Below, piece by piece: positions 1 through 8,546 of a stretch of DNA of 48,003 bases. Numbering within the stretch: position 1 is the stretch's first letter; the number at the start of each line of letters is the position of its first letter. The translations under genes were made by a program, and so were the position numbers. The stretch is from an uncultured Ruminococcus sp. (lineage in GTDB: Bacteria > Bacillota > Clostridia > UBA1212): the NCBI GenBank assembly GCA_902782645.1, contig CACZNV010000157.1, positions 1 through 48,003 of the forward strand, given 5' to 3'. The notes below the pieces were generated by a model that saw nothing but the letters and a program-made list of their open reading frames with translations, was not told where the DNA came from and ran no database searches.

Positions 1-40
1 CCATTGTGTGCTTTTTGAAGCACAGTCGGTAATTATAGGT

Positions 41-84
41 TCTCTTTCGCGACTTGCGTAAAGAGCCCAAAATCTCGATTTTGG
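41..84 (+). repeat. Copy of a repeated leader motif (TCTCT..CGCGACTTGCGTAAAGAGCC.AAAATC) followed by a CCAAAATC/GATTTTGG hairpin abutting the SD
   Basis: About 31 of 34 nt match 30738..30770. The core GCGTAAAGAG.C.AAAATC also occurs at 33153..33188 and 33215..33250 on the other strand. The 8-bp inverted repeat 67..74 / 77..84 ends in the first GG of GGAGGAGG (83..90). Confidence 0.6.
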
Positions 85-94
85 AGGAGGTATT

Positions 95-703
95 ATGGTT
101 TCATGTAAAGATAGCCTTGACCCCAGGGCAATAGATTCGAAGAACAGGATAATTAAAGCGTACACGAAACTGTTGTCGCAAAAAGACAGGGATTCCATTT
201 CAATAAATGAGCTCTGCGAACTCAGCCATATTAACAGAACCACCTTCTACAGGCACTACAAATCCCTTTCGGATATTGAAGCCGACATAGAAAACATCGT
301 TCTGGAAAAAATCAACGAGCTGTTTTTGAAGGCCAATTTTCAGGATTATATGACCGGGAGGGAGCAGTTTCTTGGCGATGTCTATAAGTTGATTACATCC
401 GACATAGAGTTCTACTCAATGATTTTGCTGTCAAATCAAAAGATTGGTTTGCTTGAAAGAATCATTCAGGTTGTCAGGGATAGACTCAGGACGACCATGA
501 CCGCCAAGACTTCCATTTCGCCTGCTCAGATCGATCTGATTCTCACATTTGTCATTGCCGGGAGAATTGCCGTGTACAGGAAATGGATTCTTGACGGTTA
601 TATGCCGCCTGAAGAAGTGGTCTCAGAGACCCTCAGTAAAATATCTGCTTCCGGATTCGATAAGTTCCTGACCGGAAAATGCGATGAGGAAAGTGAGCCC
701 TGA
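95..703 (+). CDS. TetR/AcrR-family transcriptional regulator
   Basis: 202-aa ORF. The N-terminal HTH segment ISINELCELSHINRTTFYRHYKS is typical of TetR_N. GGAGGAGG ends 4 nt upstream of the ATG. Confidence 0.85.
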   Translation: MVSCKDSLDPRAIDSKNRIIKAYTKLLSQKDRDSISINELCELSHINRTTFYRHYKSLSDIEADIENIVLEKINELFLKANFQDYMTGREQFLGDVYKLITSDIEFYSMILLSNQKIGLLERIIQVVRDRLRTTMTAKTSISPAQIDLILTFVIAGRIAVYRKWILDGYMPPEEVVSETLSKISASGFDKFLTGKCDEESEP

Positions 704-732
704 CTCGTTTCCAAATTGTTTGCGGCACAGAT

Positions 733-2832
733 TCACTGCTTTTCAAGCATTCCCATCCTGTCAAGCCAGTAAAGCACGTGGGATGCGAATCCGTGGCTGC
801 AGCTTGCGACCGGGCTGTCAAGTTCCCAGAGAGTGCCGGTCTTCTCCGCCATGTAGTAAAAATACCCGTCGATATTGTCAAGTATTTCATCGTATCTGCC
901 GTATTTAAATAGAATGTCGAGCCTTAGGTAGTTGCCGATAAACGCGTTGGAAAAAGCAATTTCGGGGTATTTGTTGTTCTGTTTTCTCTTCGGTCCAAAG
1001 TCAGCAAGCAGCGTCTTCCAAAGCTCCGGGAATGTATCAGGGGTTGCGATGCCTGTGTGGAAAGCGTAGTACTGGCAGCTCTCTGTGCACTCGCCAAAGG
1101 GAACGAGCCTGCCGCCAATGCGCACCAGGTTGTCGCAGAAAAACTTGCCGTTAAACGACTTTTCCCTGATGGTTTGTTCAAGCTTTTCAGCCTCTTTTAC
1201 AAGCTTTTCGTCGCCGTAAAGGTTCGCGACAACGCGCTTCACCTTGGCGTAGAGCATATTGCTGGGGAAGTTCACGTCCTGCACAAGGTCGTTTGACCTT
1301 GACCATTCCACAAAGACCCAGGACTCCAGCTTTTCCAGAAGACCGTCTTCGTTTTCAAAGCGCTTGAAGTATTGAAGCAGTTTGTAAACCTTGTCCTTCG
1401 CCCTGTCCACAAGCTCCCGATTTCCTGACCTTTTAAGGTACTCCTCGAGTTCGACAACGAACCACATTGCCCAGTTCGGTATGAAAGTGAAGTCGTAGTG
1501 GTCTGCCGGGTAGCACATCGGCAGCATGCCCTCAGGGAGGCACTTGAACGATTCAGGGAGCAAAAAGTTCTCCAGGAAGTTGCGTTCCACCATGGTTTTG
1601 CCTGTGAGAACGTGCTCAACCCGCGATGTGAAGAAGCTGTCGCAGAGCCAGCCAGCCCTCTCTCTTGACGGGCAGTCCATGTATATGTCGTAAGTATTTT
1701 CCCGGAATGTTTCAACAGCCGCATCGAACACGGCTTTCATTCTCGGACTGTCTGTTTTGATGCTCACCTTAGGCTTCGGGAATCCCACACGCCTTATATG
1801 GAGATTTGAAATCTTGGCGGATGATCCCAAGACCGCAATTCTGATGTACTTAAAAAGATAGGGTTCAAAAGTCAGCAGGTCGTGTTTGCCTGCGGGAAGG
1901 TCCCAGATCACGAGGGCAGAGGTTCCCAGCCTCAGGAAGTTTACGTCGCCGCCCTCCCCGAGAAGCTCGTCAAACATCGCAAAAACACGGCAATTCTTTG
2001 GGCATTCAACGCTGACGCCAATGACTCCGCACAGGTTTTTCTCCATTTCAAACACTGCAAAGCCGTCCTCGCATATTTCCTCAGCGTTTCCCGCTCTTCT
2101 TTCAAGGTTGTCAGCCTTGTAGGTCAACTTCTGTGCCTCCCAGGCTCCGCAGATTTCCAGTTCTTCAGGCTTAAAGCCCTTCAGTTTTTCGCAAATTGCG
2201 GTTACCGATCTGTCGGAGAAAGGCTCAAAGCTGTCCGCTTTTCCGCACTTTCCTCTTGCGACAACAAACTTTGCGTCCTCCCGATCGTTTTTGTAAAGAT
2301 CTATTCCCCTTTCGATGAAAACATCTTCGGTTTTTGCTTTAACTAGCCCGGGATTCATTATTGTTTTGGGGTTTACCAGGTTGTACACTTCCGTGAAGTT
2401 GCGCTGGAAGGAATACCTTGGTGTCTTCTGAACGCGCTCAGTGTAAAGTCTCACGGAAAATCCGCACTCTTCCGGCGAAGTCGCGGCGATCACCTTGCCG
2501 GAGTCGATTATCTCGGCACATACGAAAGGCGGCTCGTCAATGTACTGAAATGAATTGTTGTTGTAACCTGCGACTATGATTCTAATGTCGTCGAGGCCCT
2601 TCGGCAGCGGCACCTCGTCTACCCTTGCAAAGCCGTGGCCCGTCCTTGCCGGCCCCATGTTGAAAAGATTGCCGTTGACAAAAAGCTGGTAGCAGCTTGC
2701 AGCAGCTATCCTGAGCAGCCCCTCCGAAATCTCCGTGCGGGTTTCGAGCACCAGGCTTATATTCATCTCTTCCGTGCAGTCTGCGGCCCAGACGGGCTGA
2801 GCCTCTTTGAAATCAACTCTTTTGCTTAACAT
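733..2832 (-). CDS. GH78-like alpha-L-rhamnosidase family protein (six-hairpin glycosidase), no signal peptide
   Basis: 699-aa ORF. The motif MDCPSRERAGWLCD resembles the DCPQRDERLGWTGD signature of bacterial rhamnosidase catalytic domains. GGAGG lies 6 nt upstream of the ATG. Confidence 0.7.
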   Translation of the reverse strand: MLSKRVDFKEAQPVWAADCTEEMNISLVLETRTEISEGLLRIAAASCYQLFVNGNLFNMGPARTGHGFARVDEVPLPKGLDDIRIIVAGYNNNSFQYIDEPPFVCAEIIDSGKVIAATSPEECGFSVRLYTERVQKTPRYSFQRNFTEVYNLVNPKTIMNPGLVKAKTEDVFIERGIDLYKNDREDAKFVVARGKCGKADSFEPFSDRSVTAICEKLKGFKPEELEICGAWEAQKLTYKADNLERRAGNAEEICEDGFAVFEMEKNLCGVIGVSVECPKNCRVFAMFDELLGEGGDVNFLRLGTSALVIWDLPAGKHDLLTFEPYLFKYIRIAVLGSSAKISNLHIRRVGFPKPKVSIKTDSPRMKAVFDAAVETFRENTYDIYMDCPSRERAGWLCDSFFTSRVEHVLTGKTMVERNFLENFLLPESFKCLPEGMLPMCYPADHYDFTFIPNWAMWFVVELEEYLKRSGNRELVDRAKDKVYKLLQYFKRFENEDGLLEKLESWVFVEWSRSNDLVQDVNFPSNMLYAKVKRVVANLYGDEKLVKEAEKLEQTIREKSFNGKFFCDNLVRIGGRLVPFGECTESCQYYAFHTGIATPDTFPELWKTLLADFGPKRKQNNKYPEIAFSNAFIGNYLRLDILFKYGRYDEILDNIDGYFYYMAEKTGTLWELDSPVASCSHGFASHVLYWLDRMGMLEKQ

Positions 2833-2844
2833 GAGTGTCCTCCG

Positions 2845-3597
2845 TCAGTGTTTTCTGTTCTTTTTCATCCTGATGCCGGCGTTGACCTTTTCAACCGACT
2901 CGCGAATATATTCCGGAAGGCTTCTGACCTTCTCCGAAAAAGGCTTGAAGAAGCTTGTTTTCTTGTGCAGGCCGTTCTCCACCGTCTTGATGTGGGTCTT
3001 GAGCGCCTCGTAGACGACAACGACCTTCTCTTTCTTCGCAAAGGCCCGTATCCTTGCCACAAGCTTCGCGGAGTGAACGGCGTCGATGATGAACACGCCA
3101 AAGAACAGTCCGATCACAAACGAAAACGCCAGGTTTTCGGAGAGCCATTTGAGGGCGGCAAGCACATTGGCGTGTATGAGAAAGAGGTAGAGCGCGCAGA
3201 TCAGACCCCACGCGAGGGAAAATTTAGGGCAGATTAGGCCCATGACGTTGCCCCACTGGTTCCTGTAGTCCCAGTACCTCACCTTGAGCCACTTGAGAGC
3301 GACGAGGCCCGCAAAAAACTCGACAACGGTCATGCTCACAGCCATGATGAGAAGCAGTATAAGTTTCTGCCACCAGCTGTTCATTAGCCCGGTGTCTGTT
3401 CCGAGCACCGCCAATGCATAAAGCACACAAAGCCCGGTTCCGTAAAGCGGGAGGTAAGGTCCCACGCAGAAACCGGGATTTATCCATTTCCGTTCCGGGT
3501 TGGCGCCTGAAAAGAATCTTCGGAAGAAGAGTTCAAGCACCCAGCCCAAAACGGAACCTATGAAGAACAAATACGCAAAGGTAAGGAAAATGTTCAT
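2845..3597 (-). CDS. Polytopic membrane protein, CmpB-like ('putative ABC-transporter type IV') family
   Basis: 250-aa ORF. The N-terminus FFIGSVLGWVLELFFRRF...GPYLPLYGTG matches the pattern I recall for this family. It has several hydrophobic helices. Confidence 0.55.
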   Translation of the reverse strand: MNIFLTFAYLFFIGSVLGWVLELFFRRFFSGANPERKWINPGFCVGPYLPLYGTGLCVLYALAVLGTDTGLMNSWWQKLILLLIMAVSMTVVEFFAGLVALKWLKVRYWDYRNQWGNVMGLICPKFSLAWGLICALYLFLIHANVLAALKWLSENLAFSFVIGLFFGVFIIDAVHSAKLVARIRAFAKKEKVVVVYEALKTHIKTVENGLHKKTSFFKPFSEKVRSLPEYIRESVEKVNAGIRMKKNRKH

Positions 3598-3603
3598 CGC
3601 ATA

Positions 3604-5838
3604 TTATTCTGATTTGGCGGCAATGAGATTGCCGACGGTTGTTCTCAGCCTGTTGAAGAGCTCCGTGTCAGTCTTGTAGCTTCCGAGCGAAACCGTGAGC
3701 TGCTTGATGATGAGGTCCGACGTGCCCTCGCCGTAGAGTTCGTCGAGGATGGTGAAGTAGTCGTAATCGTCAACGCCGTCCCTGATCGACTCAAGCCTCA
3801 GTGACCCGATAGGTCCCGGATAGCCGTCGCTTCCGTACTTTTCAATGTACTCGGGAAGTCCTCCGCCCTGATAGATGAGAACACCGTTGCCGTACGTGTC
3901 AACAACCGTTCCCGCAGCTGCATGCTCATACTTTTTGGTCCATTCTTTCGGGTCGCCCCAATCGTTGCACATGTAGTACAGGAACCCGTCAACATCATAG
4001 AGCTTCTGCTGCCAGAAAAGCAGTCTGTGCATGATGGATTCGTCGCTGATGGAGAGAGTGATCTCCGGGTTGTGGGGGAATCTTGTGATGTACCACCAGA
4101 CCTCGTCACCGTTTTCCTTGGCGGCTGCCATTCTGTCCTTGAACGTTCCGAACTTCTTCTCCATGCTCGTGCCGTAGAAGTTGGTGTAGAGCTTGCTGTT
4201 GTAGGCCTTGTCGACCTGCGTGTTAAAGAAGTATGTCTTACCGCACCAGGCGTTAACGTCATTTTCAAGATACTTGAAGTAGTCGGTGTTCGTGTTCAGG
4301 AGGGTGTTGTAGTGGATCGGAATAATCAGCTTGTGGTCGCCAAAGATATCCGTGTAGATGCTGTTGTAGTATATGATCTTGTCAAGAGCTGCCTTTGACA
4401 GCGGCTCGTCGCCCTCGTTCGGATAGAAATATGCCTTGTCGAGCCACTCCTGCTTCTGGGAAACCATGTCGTAGGCTGCCTGCACGTATGCCCTCAGGTA
4501 TGTCTCGTTCGACGTCGCCTCGGGATGCATCTTCCAGCAGAGCGTGAACGCGTTCATTCGCGGATCGTCAAGGTACTGCTTGACTCTCTGGTCCCAGAAC
4601 TGACCGCGCTTTGCATAGGGAAGCGTGTAGCAGTTGACCCTGTTCTCAAGGAGATATTCGTAGTAGAGAGCGTAGAGGTCGTCCTCAAGGCCGTCCTGTG
4701 TAGTGCCTTCTCTGTTGGCGCCAACGATGACAGCCCACTCATTAAGATCCGTCAGGGTCTTGCAGTTTGACGCCACGGGAAGCGTGAAGTTCCAGACGTA
4801 TGCGTACACATTGGCTTTTTTGATTTCGTTGCCGTTTTTGTCTTTTACCACAGCGGTTGCGGCATACTGGCCTGCAGGAGTATCAGCCTTTGATTTCACC
4901 TTGATGATGAACATGCTGCTCTTGTTTGCCTCCAGCGTGAATTCGTGCTCAAGCACCGGTATCGGGTCGGCAACAGTTTTACCCTCAACGCCGTCAAAGT
5001 ACCAGCCGTAGCAGATTTCCTTCTCCAGCACGTTGCCGTTATTATCCTTAAAATCGGAAATTTCGAGGGTCAGGTCCTCCATCCTGTTCTTTGAAGAAAG
5101 AAGCAGATGGCAGCCTTCGATCTCGTTCTTGGCGAGAAGTATCTGATATGAGTTCCTGCCGTTGGAGGTGATTTCCTCGGCGGGTGTGTTGTAGTAGGAG
5201 TGGTCAAACCAAAGAATCAGGTTTGCATCCTCGTGGGCCGCGGAAACAGGGTTGTTGGATATCTCCGGCACCGCATTCACCGCCGATTTCAGAAGGTTTG
5301 CCGCCCTGACCGAATCCTCGTAGGAGAGCTTGTTGGGGTCGTCTCCCCAATCGGTTATACCCTCAGGCACGGTGGGTGTCGGCGTAGGTGTGGGGGTCGG
5401 CGTCGCAGTGGGTGTGGGTGTAGGGGTTGCGGTGGGAGTCGCCGTGGGCGTTGCTGTGGGAGTCGGTGTGGCCGTTGGCGGCGGCGTGGGCGTTGGCGAC
5501 GGTGTCACCGATGCCTGTTCCGTCTGCTCCGGGGTTGCGGTTGCGGTGGCGGTCTCGGTCTCAGACGGGGTCTCCGTGGGGCTCACCGTCTCTGTGTTTG
5601 CAGGCTCAGCCGTTGAAGATGCGGTTTCCGTGGGTTCGCCGGCAGTCCGGGTGGGCGACTCTGTCTCAAGTGTCGGGCCGGGAACGTCCGTAGGTTCCGG
5701 AGTATTTGCAACTTCTGTCGCTTTTTCAGTCGGAGCGGCTGTGTTTTGTTTCGTATTGTCAGTCTCGCCGCAGGCGCAGGCCGCAACGAGAAGCGCTGTT
5801 ATCATAATCGCCAATAACAAAAACTTGATTTTTTTCAT
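3604..5838 (-). CDS. Surface lipoprotein with a long Pro/Thr-rich linker and a DUF4091 / GH123-like C-terminal region
   Basis: 744-aa ORF. It has a signal peptide with lipobox VAAC (Cys21). Residues about 25-157 are low-complexity T/P/E/A. Later motifs VWNFTLP and DGFLYYMCNDW resemble DUF4091-containing glycosidases. Confidence 0.6.
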   Translation of the reverse strand: MKKIKFLLLAIMITALLVAACACGETDNTKQNTAAPTEKATEVANTPEPTDVPGPTLETESPTRTAGEPTETASSTAEPANTETVSPTETPSETETATATATPEQTEQASVTPSPTPTPPPTATPTPTATPTATPTATPTPTPTATPTPTPTPTPTVPEGITDWGDDPNKLSYEDSVRAANLLKSAVNAVPEISNNPVSAAHEDANLILWFDHSYYNTPAEEITSNGRNSYQILLAKNEIEGCHLLLSSKNRMEDLTLEISDFKDNNGNVLEKEICYGWYFDGVEGKTVADPIPVLEHEFTLEANKSSMFIIKVKSKADTPAGQYAATAVVKDKNGNEIKKANVYAYVWNFTLPVASNCKTLTDLNEWAVIVGANREGTTQDGLEDDLYALYYEYLLENRVNCYTLPYAKRGQFWDQRVKQYLDDPRMNAFTLCWKMHPEATSNETYLRAYVQAAYDMVSQKQEWLDKAYFYPNEGDEPLSKAALDKIIYYNSIYTDIFGDHKLIIPIHYNTLLNTNTDYFKYLENDVNAWCGKTYFFNTQVDKAYNSKLYTNFYGTSMEKKFGTFKDRMAAAKENGDEVWWYITRFPHNPEITLSISDESIMHRLLFWQQKLYDVDGFLYYMCNDWGDPKEWTKKYEHAAAGTVVDTYGNGVLIYQGGGLPEYIEKYGSDGYPGPIGSLRLESIRDGVDDYDYFTILDELYGEGTSDLIIKQLTVSLGSYKTDTELFNRLRTTVGNLIAAKSE
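5368..5766 (-). repeat. Low-complexity Pro/Thr(Ala/Glu) linker-coding repeat, with strict TP/TATP repeats in 5368..5508
   Basis: It translates to ...TPSPTPTPPPTATPTPTATPTATPTATPTPTPTATPTPTPTPTPT. The DNA shows reiterated GGTGT/GGCGT units. Confidence 0.85.
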
Positions 5839-5906
5839 AGTACCTCTTTTTCTAAGCTCTGTCAGCTGTTTTCAATCTTTCACCGTTTCGGTTTCACAGG
5901 TCACTT

Positions 5907-6821
5907 TTAAGATGCGAGTATTGCAAAAAGTTCGCGCATCAGGCTGTCCCTGTGTATAAAAGTGGCTCTCCTGATAGGATGCCTTCTTACGTCGTGGCTG
6001 TAATGGAAATCGTACTGCGGAATTGGCGACGGGACTACTTCGGTAAACATAAAGCGGTCGTTGTCGTTAAGAAGCCAGGCAACTGCCGTCACATCCCAGA
6101 TGATTCTGCTCCAGATCATGCCCTTGGCGTATTCGTCGGCAGCTTCGCAGGTGTGCTTCACCAGGTAGTCGCAGAGGGGATTTTTGCCCTCGAGCCAATA
6201 CTTCAGCTCCGGACCGCTTGTGTAGAAGGTCGAGGCAACGCCCATGCACGGAAGCTGGACGAAGGGGCACCCGCAGCCCATCACGACCCTCGCGGCGGCG
6301 ATATCCTGCATCATGTTGAATTCGTTTGTGTCGAACCACTGCTCGCTGTGGCCGCCAAGCCAAACAACCACTATATTTTCCTTAATTTCCGGCTTTTTGA
6401 TGAGTGCGGAAGCCACGTTTGTGATGGCGCCGATGGCAACCACGTAAAGGGGCTTTTCCGGGCTGTGCTCCATGGCAAGCCTTACCAGTTCATCCGCCGC
6501 GGGGCTCTCCACGGGGGTCTGCTCGTCCTTAAGATAAGTTCTCGAGCCCCTGAAAGTCATGTTTTTGAGCTCGCTCTTGCCCATGAGATCAAGCAGGTTG
6601 AGAATCTCGTTGTACGAGCGCTCCATGCCGTCCTCGGGAGATGTTGAGTTCGAGTTGAAGAACGGTGCGGCAAGCAGCGCTTTCACATTGCACTTGGGGT
6701 GCTTGACCATAAGCGAAAGCGCGAACTGATCGTCTATCTCGTTGTATGTATCCGTATCGAGAACGCAATCGACAACGCCTTGCGGCACGCTGAGATTCTT
6801 CATAAACTGTTCGTGAGTCAT
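5907..6821 (-). CDS. Nucleoside hydrolase (inosine/uridine-preferring IUNH family)
   Basis: 304-aa ORF. The N-terminal aspartate cluster VLDTDTYNEIDDQFAL matches the DxDxxxDD signature. AGGAG lies 6 nt upstream of the ATG. Confidence 0.85.
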   Translation of the reverse strand: MTHEQFMKNLSVPQGVVDCVLDTDTYNEIDDQFALSLMVKHPKCNVKALLAAPFFNSNSTSPEDGMERSYNEILNLLDLMGKSELKNMTFRGSRTYLKDEQTPVESPAADELVRLAMEHSPEKPLYVVAIGAITNVASALIKKPEIKENIVVVWLGGHSEQWFDTNEFNMMQDIAAARVVMGCGCPFVQLPCMGVASTFYTSGPELKYWLEGKNPLCDYLVKHTCEAADEYAKGMIWSRIIWDVTAVAWLLNDNDRFMFTEVVPSPIPQYDFHYSHDVRRHPIRRATFIHRDSLMRELFAILAS

Positions 6822-6930
6822 AGTCTGCTCCTGTTATATATGCTTTATACACAGGCGCGCTCCGCGCGCCGTGTTTCAGGCCTTAATGTTACACTCTGAC
6901 AGGCAAAAATTCAAGGTATTCATTGGCGGC

Positions 6931-6979
6931 AGTCGGTGTCAAGTCGGTGTCATGTTTCGACGGAGAAGTGACACCGACT
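6931..6979. repeat. Three copies of the 11-mer AGTCGGTGTCA: two tandem direct copies and one inverted copy
   Basis: AGTCGGTGTCA occurs at 6931..6941 and 6942..6952. The inverted copy TGACACCGACT is at 6969..6979. The cluster lies between divergent promoters. Confidence 0.8.
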
Positions 6980-6995
6980 AATGTTCGGATAGAAA

Positions 6996-7024
6996 TTGAC
7001 AAAAAAGTATTTTTGTATTATTAT
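6996..7024 (+). promoter_or_regulatory. Sigma-A type promoter, TTGACA-17-TATTAT
   Basis: TTGACA at 6996..7001, a 17-nt spacer, then TATTAT at 7019..7024. It sits about 48 nt upstream of the ATG at 7073. Confidence 0.65.
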
Positions 7025-7072
7025 ACCGCTATGACCGTACGTCAATAAAATAAAGGAAAAGGAGTTCACGAC

Positions 7073-7642
7073 ATGAAAAATCTCAAGTCTATTATTCCAA
7101 TTATATTGGTTCTCCTTGCAGAGCTTGCGATCGGCATCACTCTTCTGATTTTCCCGACCCAGTTCACGCAGGGGATCCTTATCACCTTCGGCATCGTCCT
7201 AATAGTAGTTGCCCTGTTCCTCATCATCAAGTTCATCATTCTCAAGAAGAAGCAGGAAGAAGCAAGCATTATCCCCGTCATCATCGCAGTTGTTGCGCTG
7301 GCCGTGGGTATTTTCGCATCTTGCTTCAGCTGGTTCATCATGAGCACACTCGCCAAATTCGTCATGATTACATACGGTATAATCATGATTATAAGCGGTA
7401 TTCTCAAACTCAACTTTTACGTTGATGCGAAGCGCGAGGGATATATTTTCTCCACCTTCGTTATCATTTCATCGATTTTCACAATCGTTTTCGGTATTGT
7501 AATCTGCGTACTCGCATTCCTTCTCAGCGGAGTCTCAGTCGCCAAGATTCTTGCAATCACCGCAGGCATCGGTCTTATCGTTGAAGCCGCATTCGATATC
7601 TTCACCCTTGTGAAGACATTCATCGAGCACAAGAAAGCCTAA
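7073..7642 (+). CDS. Small polytopic membrane protein (DUF308/HdeD-like)
   Basis: 189-aa ORF made almost entirely of hydrophobic helices with repeated G-I-x-L-I motifs. GGAG lies 8 nt upstream. Confidence 0.5.
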   Translation: MKNLKSIIPIILVLLAELAIGITLLIFPTQFTQGILITFGIVLIVVALFLIIKFIILKKKQEEASIIPVIIAVVALAVGIFASCFSWFIMSTLAKFVMITYGIIMIISGILKLNFYVDAKREGYIFSTFVIISSIFTIVFGIVICVLAFLLSGVSVAKILAITAGIGLIVEAAFDIFTLVKTFIEHKKA

Positions 7643-7856
7643 CCCATTAATCTATGCCGCAATACAGGAGGAGAGCGCCGGCGGACGCCGGCGCTCGATT
7701 CGGAGGGGTTGTTAAAACACCGTTATATCAACCGGTGCAAAACAGCCTCTTTTTATTTGCTGTTGAAAAGAAATAACTTGGTTAAAGGTATTTACAAAAC
7801 ATTCTACACAGAGTCTTGGCGGTTTATTAAATAGAACAATGCTTCACGAAACAACA

Positions 7857-8276
7857 TCACCAGAAGCTATAGTATTTAATTCCATATACCAAGCCAAAAA
7901 TAAATGATGTAAACAATGCCAAGCCGCCTAAAATCAACCCGGCTATAGCAAAACCTTTTTGTTTGCTTTTTAAATACTTAATTCCCGTTACTACTGCCAA
8001 TATACCGCAGCACCCTAATCCCATGAAAGAGACTATTTGGTTCATGATGGCTGCGAATTTGAGATTTGCAAATCTCACAAGTAAAGTCCATATTGAGTTA
8101 AAGAACGCTATGATTCCAAACATCAGAGGAGTCCAGGACATATTAACACCTCTGCCCTCCAGTTTTGCAATCTTCGGTTTTGGAAAGATGTTGATTGCTT
8201 CAACTGCGCATCCGCATTTTGTGCAAATTACAGCTTCGTCTAAAAGTTGGTTGCCGCATTTAGAACAATACTTCAT
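7857..8276 (-). CDS. Zinc-ribbon domain membrane protein
   Basis: 139-aa ORF. The N-terminal CSKCG...CTKCG forms a CxxC-N12-CxxC zinc ribbon, followed by 3-4 TM helices. GGAGGA RBS. The gene is AT-rich relative to its flanks. Confidence 0.6.
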   Translation of the reverse strand: MKYCSKCGNQLLDEAVICTKCGCAVEAINIFPKPKIAKLEGRGVNMSWTPLMFGIIAFFNSIWTLLVRFANLKFAAIMNQIVSFMGLGCCGILAVVTGIKYLKSKQKGFAIAGLILGGLALFTSFIFGLVYGIKYYSFW

Positions 8277-8406
8277 ATTTAAATCCTCCGTTGTTTAAAG
8301 TATTTTAATTATATATCTCTCATGAATAATGTCAAGTTTATTAATTTATGCTATTTTTACAGTACTTTTTGCATTGGCGGCGACATTCCGGCTCCTTGCT
8401 GGTCCA

Positions 8407-8435
8407 TTGACAAAAGGCGTCTCAAGTTTTAGAAT
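8407..8435 (+). promoter_or_regulatory. Sigma-A type promoter, TTGACA-17-TAGAAT
   Basis: TTGACA at 8407..8412, a 17-nt spacer, then TAGAAT at 8430..8435. It lies upstream of the S41 peptidase gene. Confidence 0.65.
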
Positions 8436-8546
8436 CAAAGCCATAACATTGGCGTCAGGAAGCCTTTCATAAGCTTTTGGGACAACAGAAAGGAAGTGCA
8501 GTCAGCTTAGGTTGCACTTTTAAAAATATCGGAGATTTAACGTACA

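Noticed and set aside
5330-5959. A 209-aa plus-strand ORF encoding (GV)n repeats.
   Set aside because: It is the mirror image of the Pro/Thr linker-coding repeat of the minus-strand lipoprotein gene. It has no independent start signals.
7660-7835. A possible small ORF after an AGGAGGAG/GGAGGGG sequence downstream of the DUF308 gene.
   Set aside because: No start codon lies at a workable distance from the SD-like sequences. The region is better explained as a GC hairpin (7673..7696) plus the convergent 3' UTRs.
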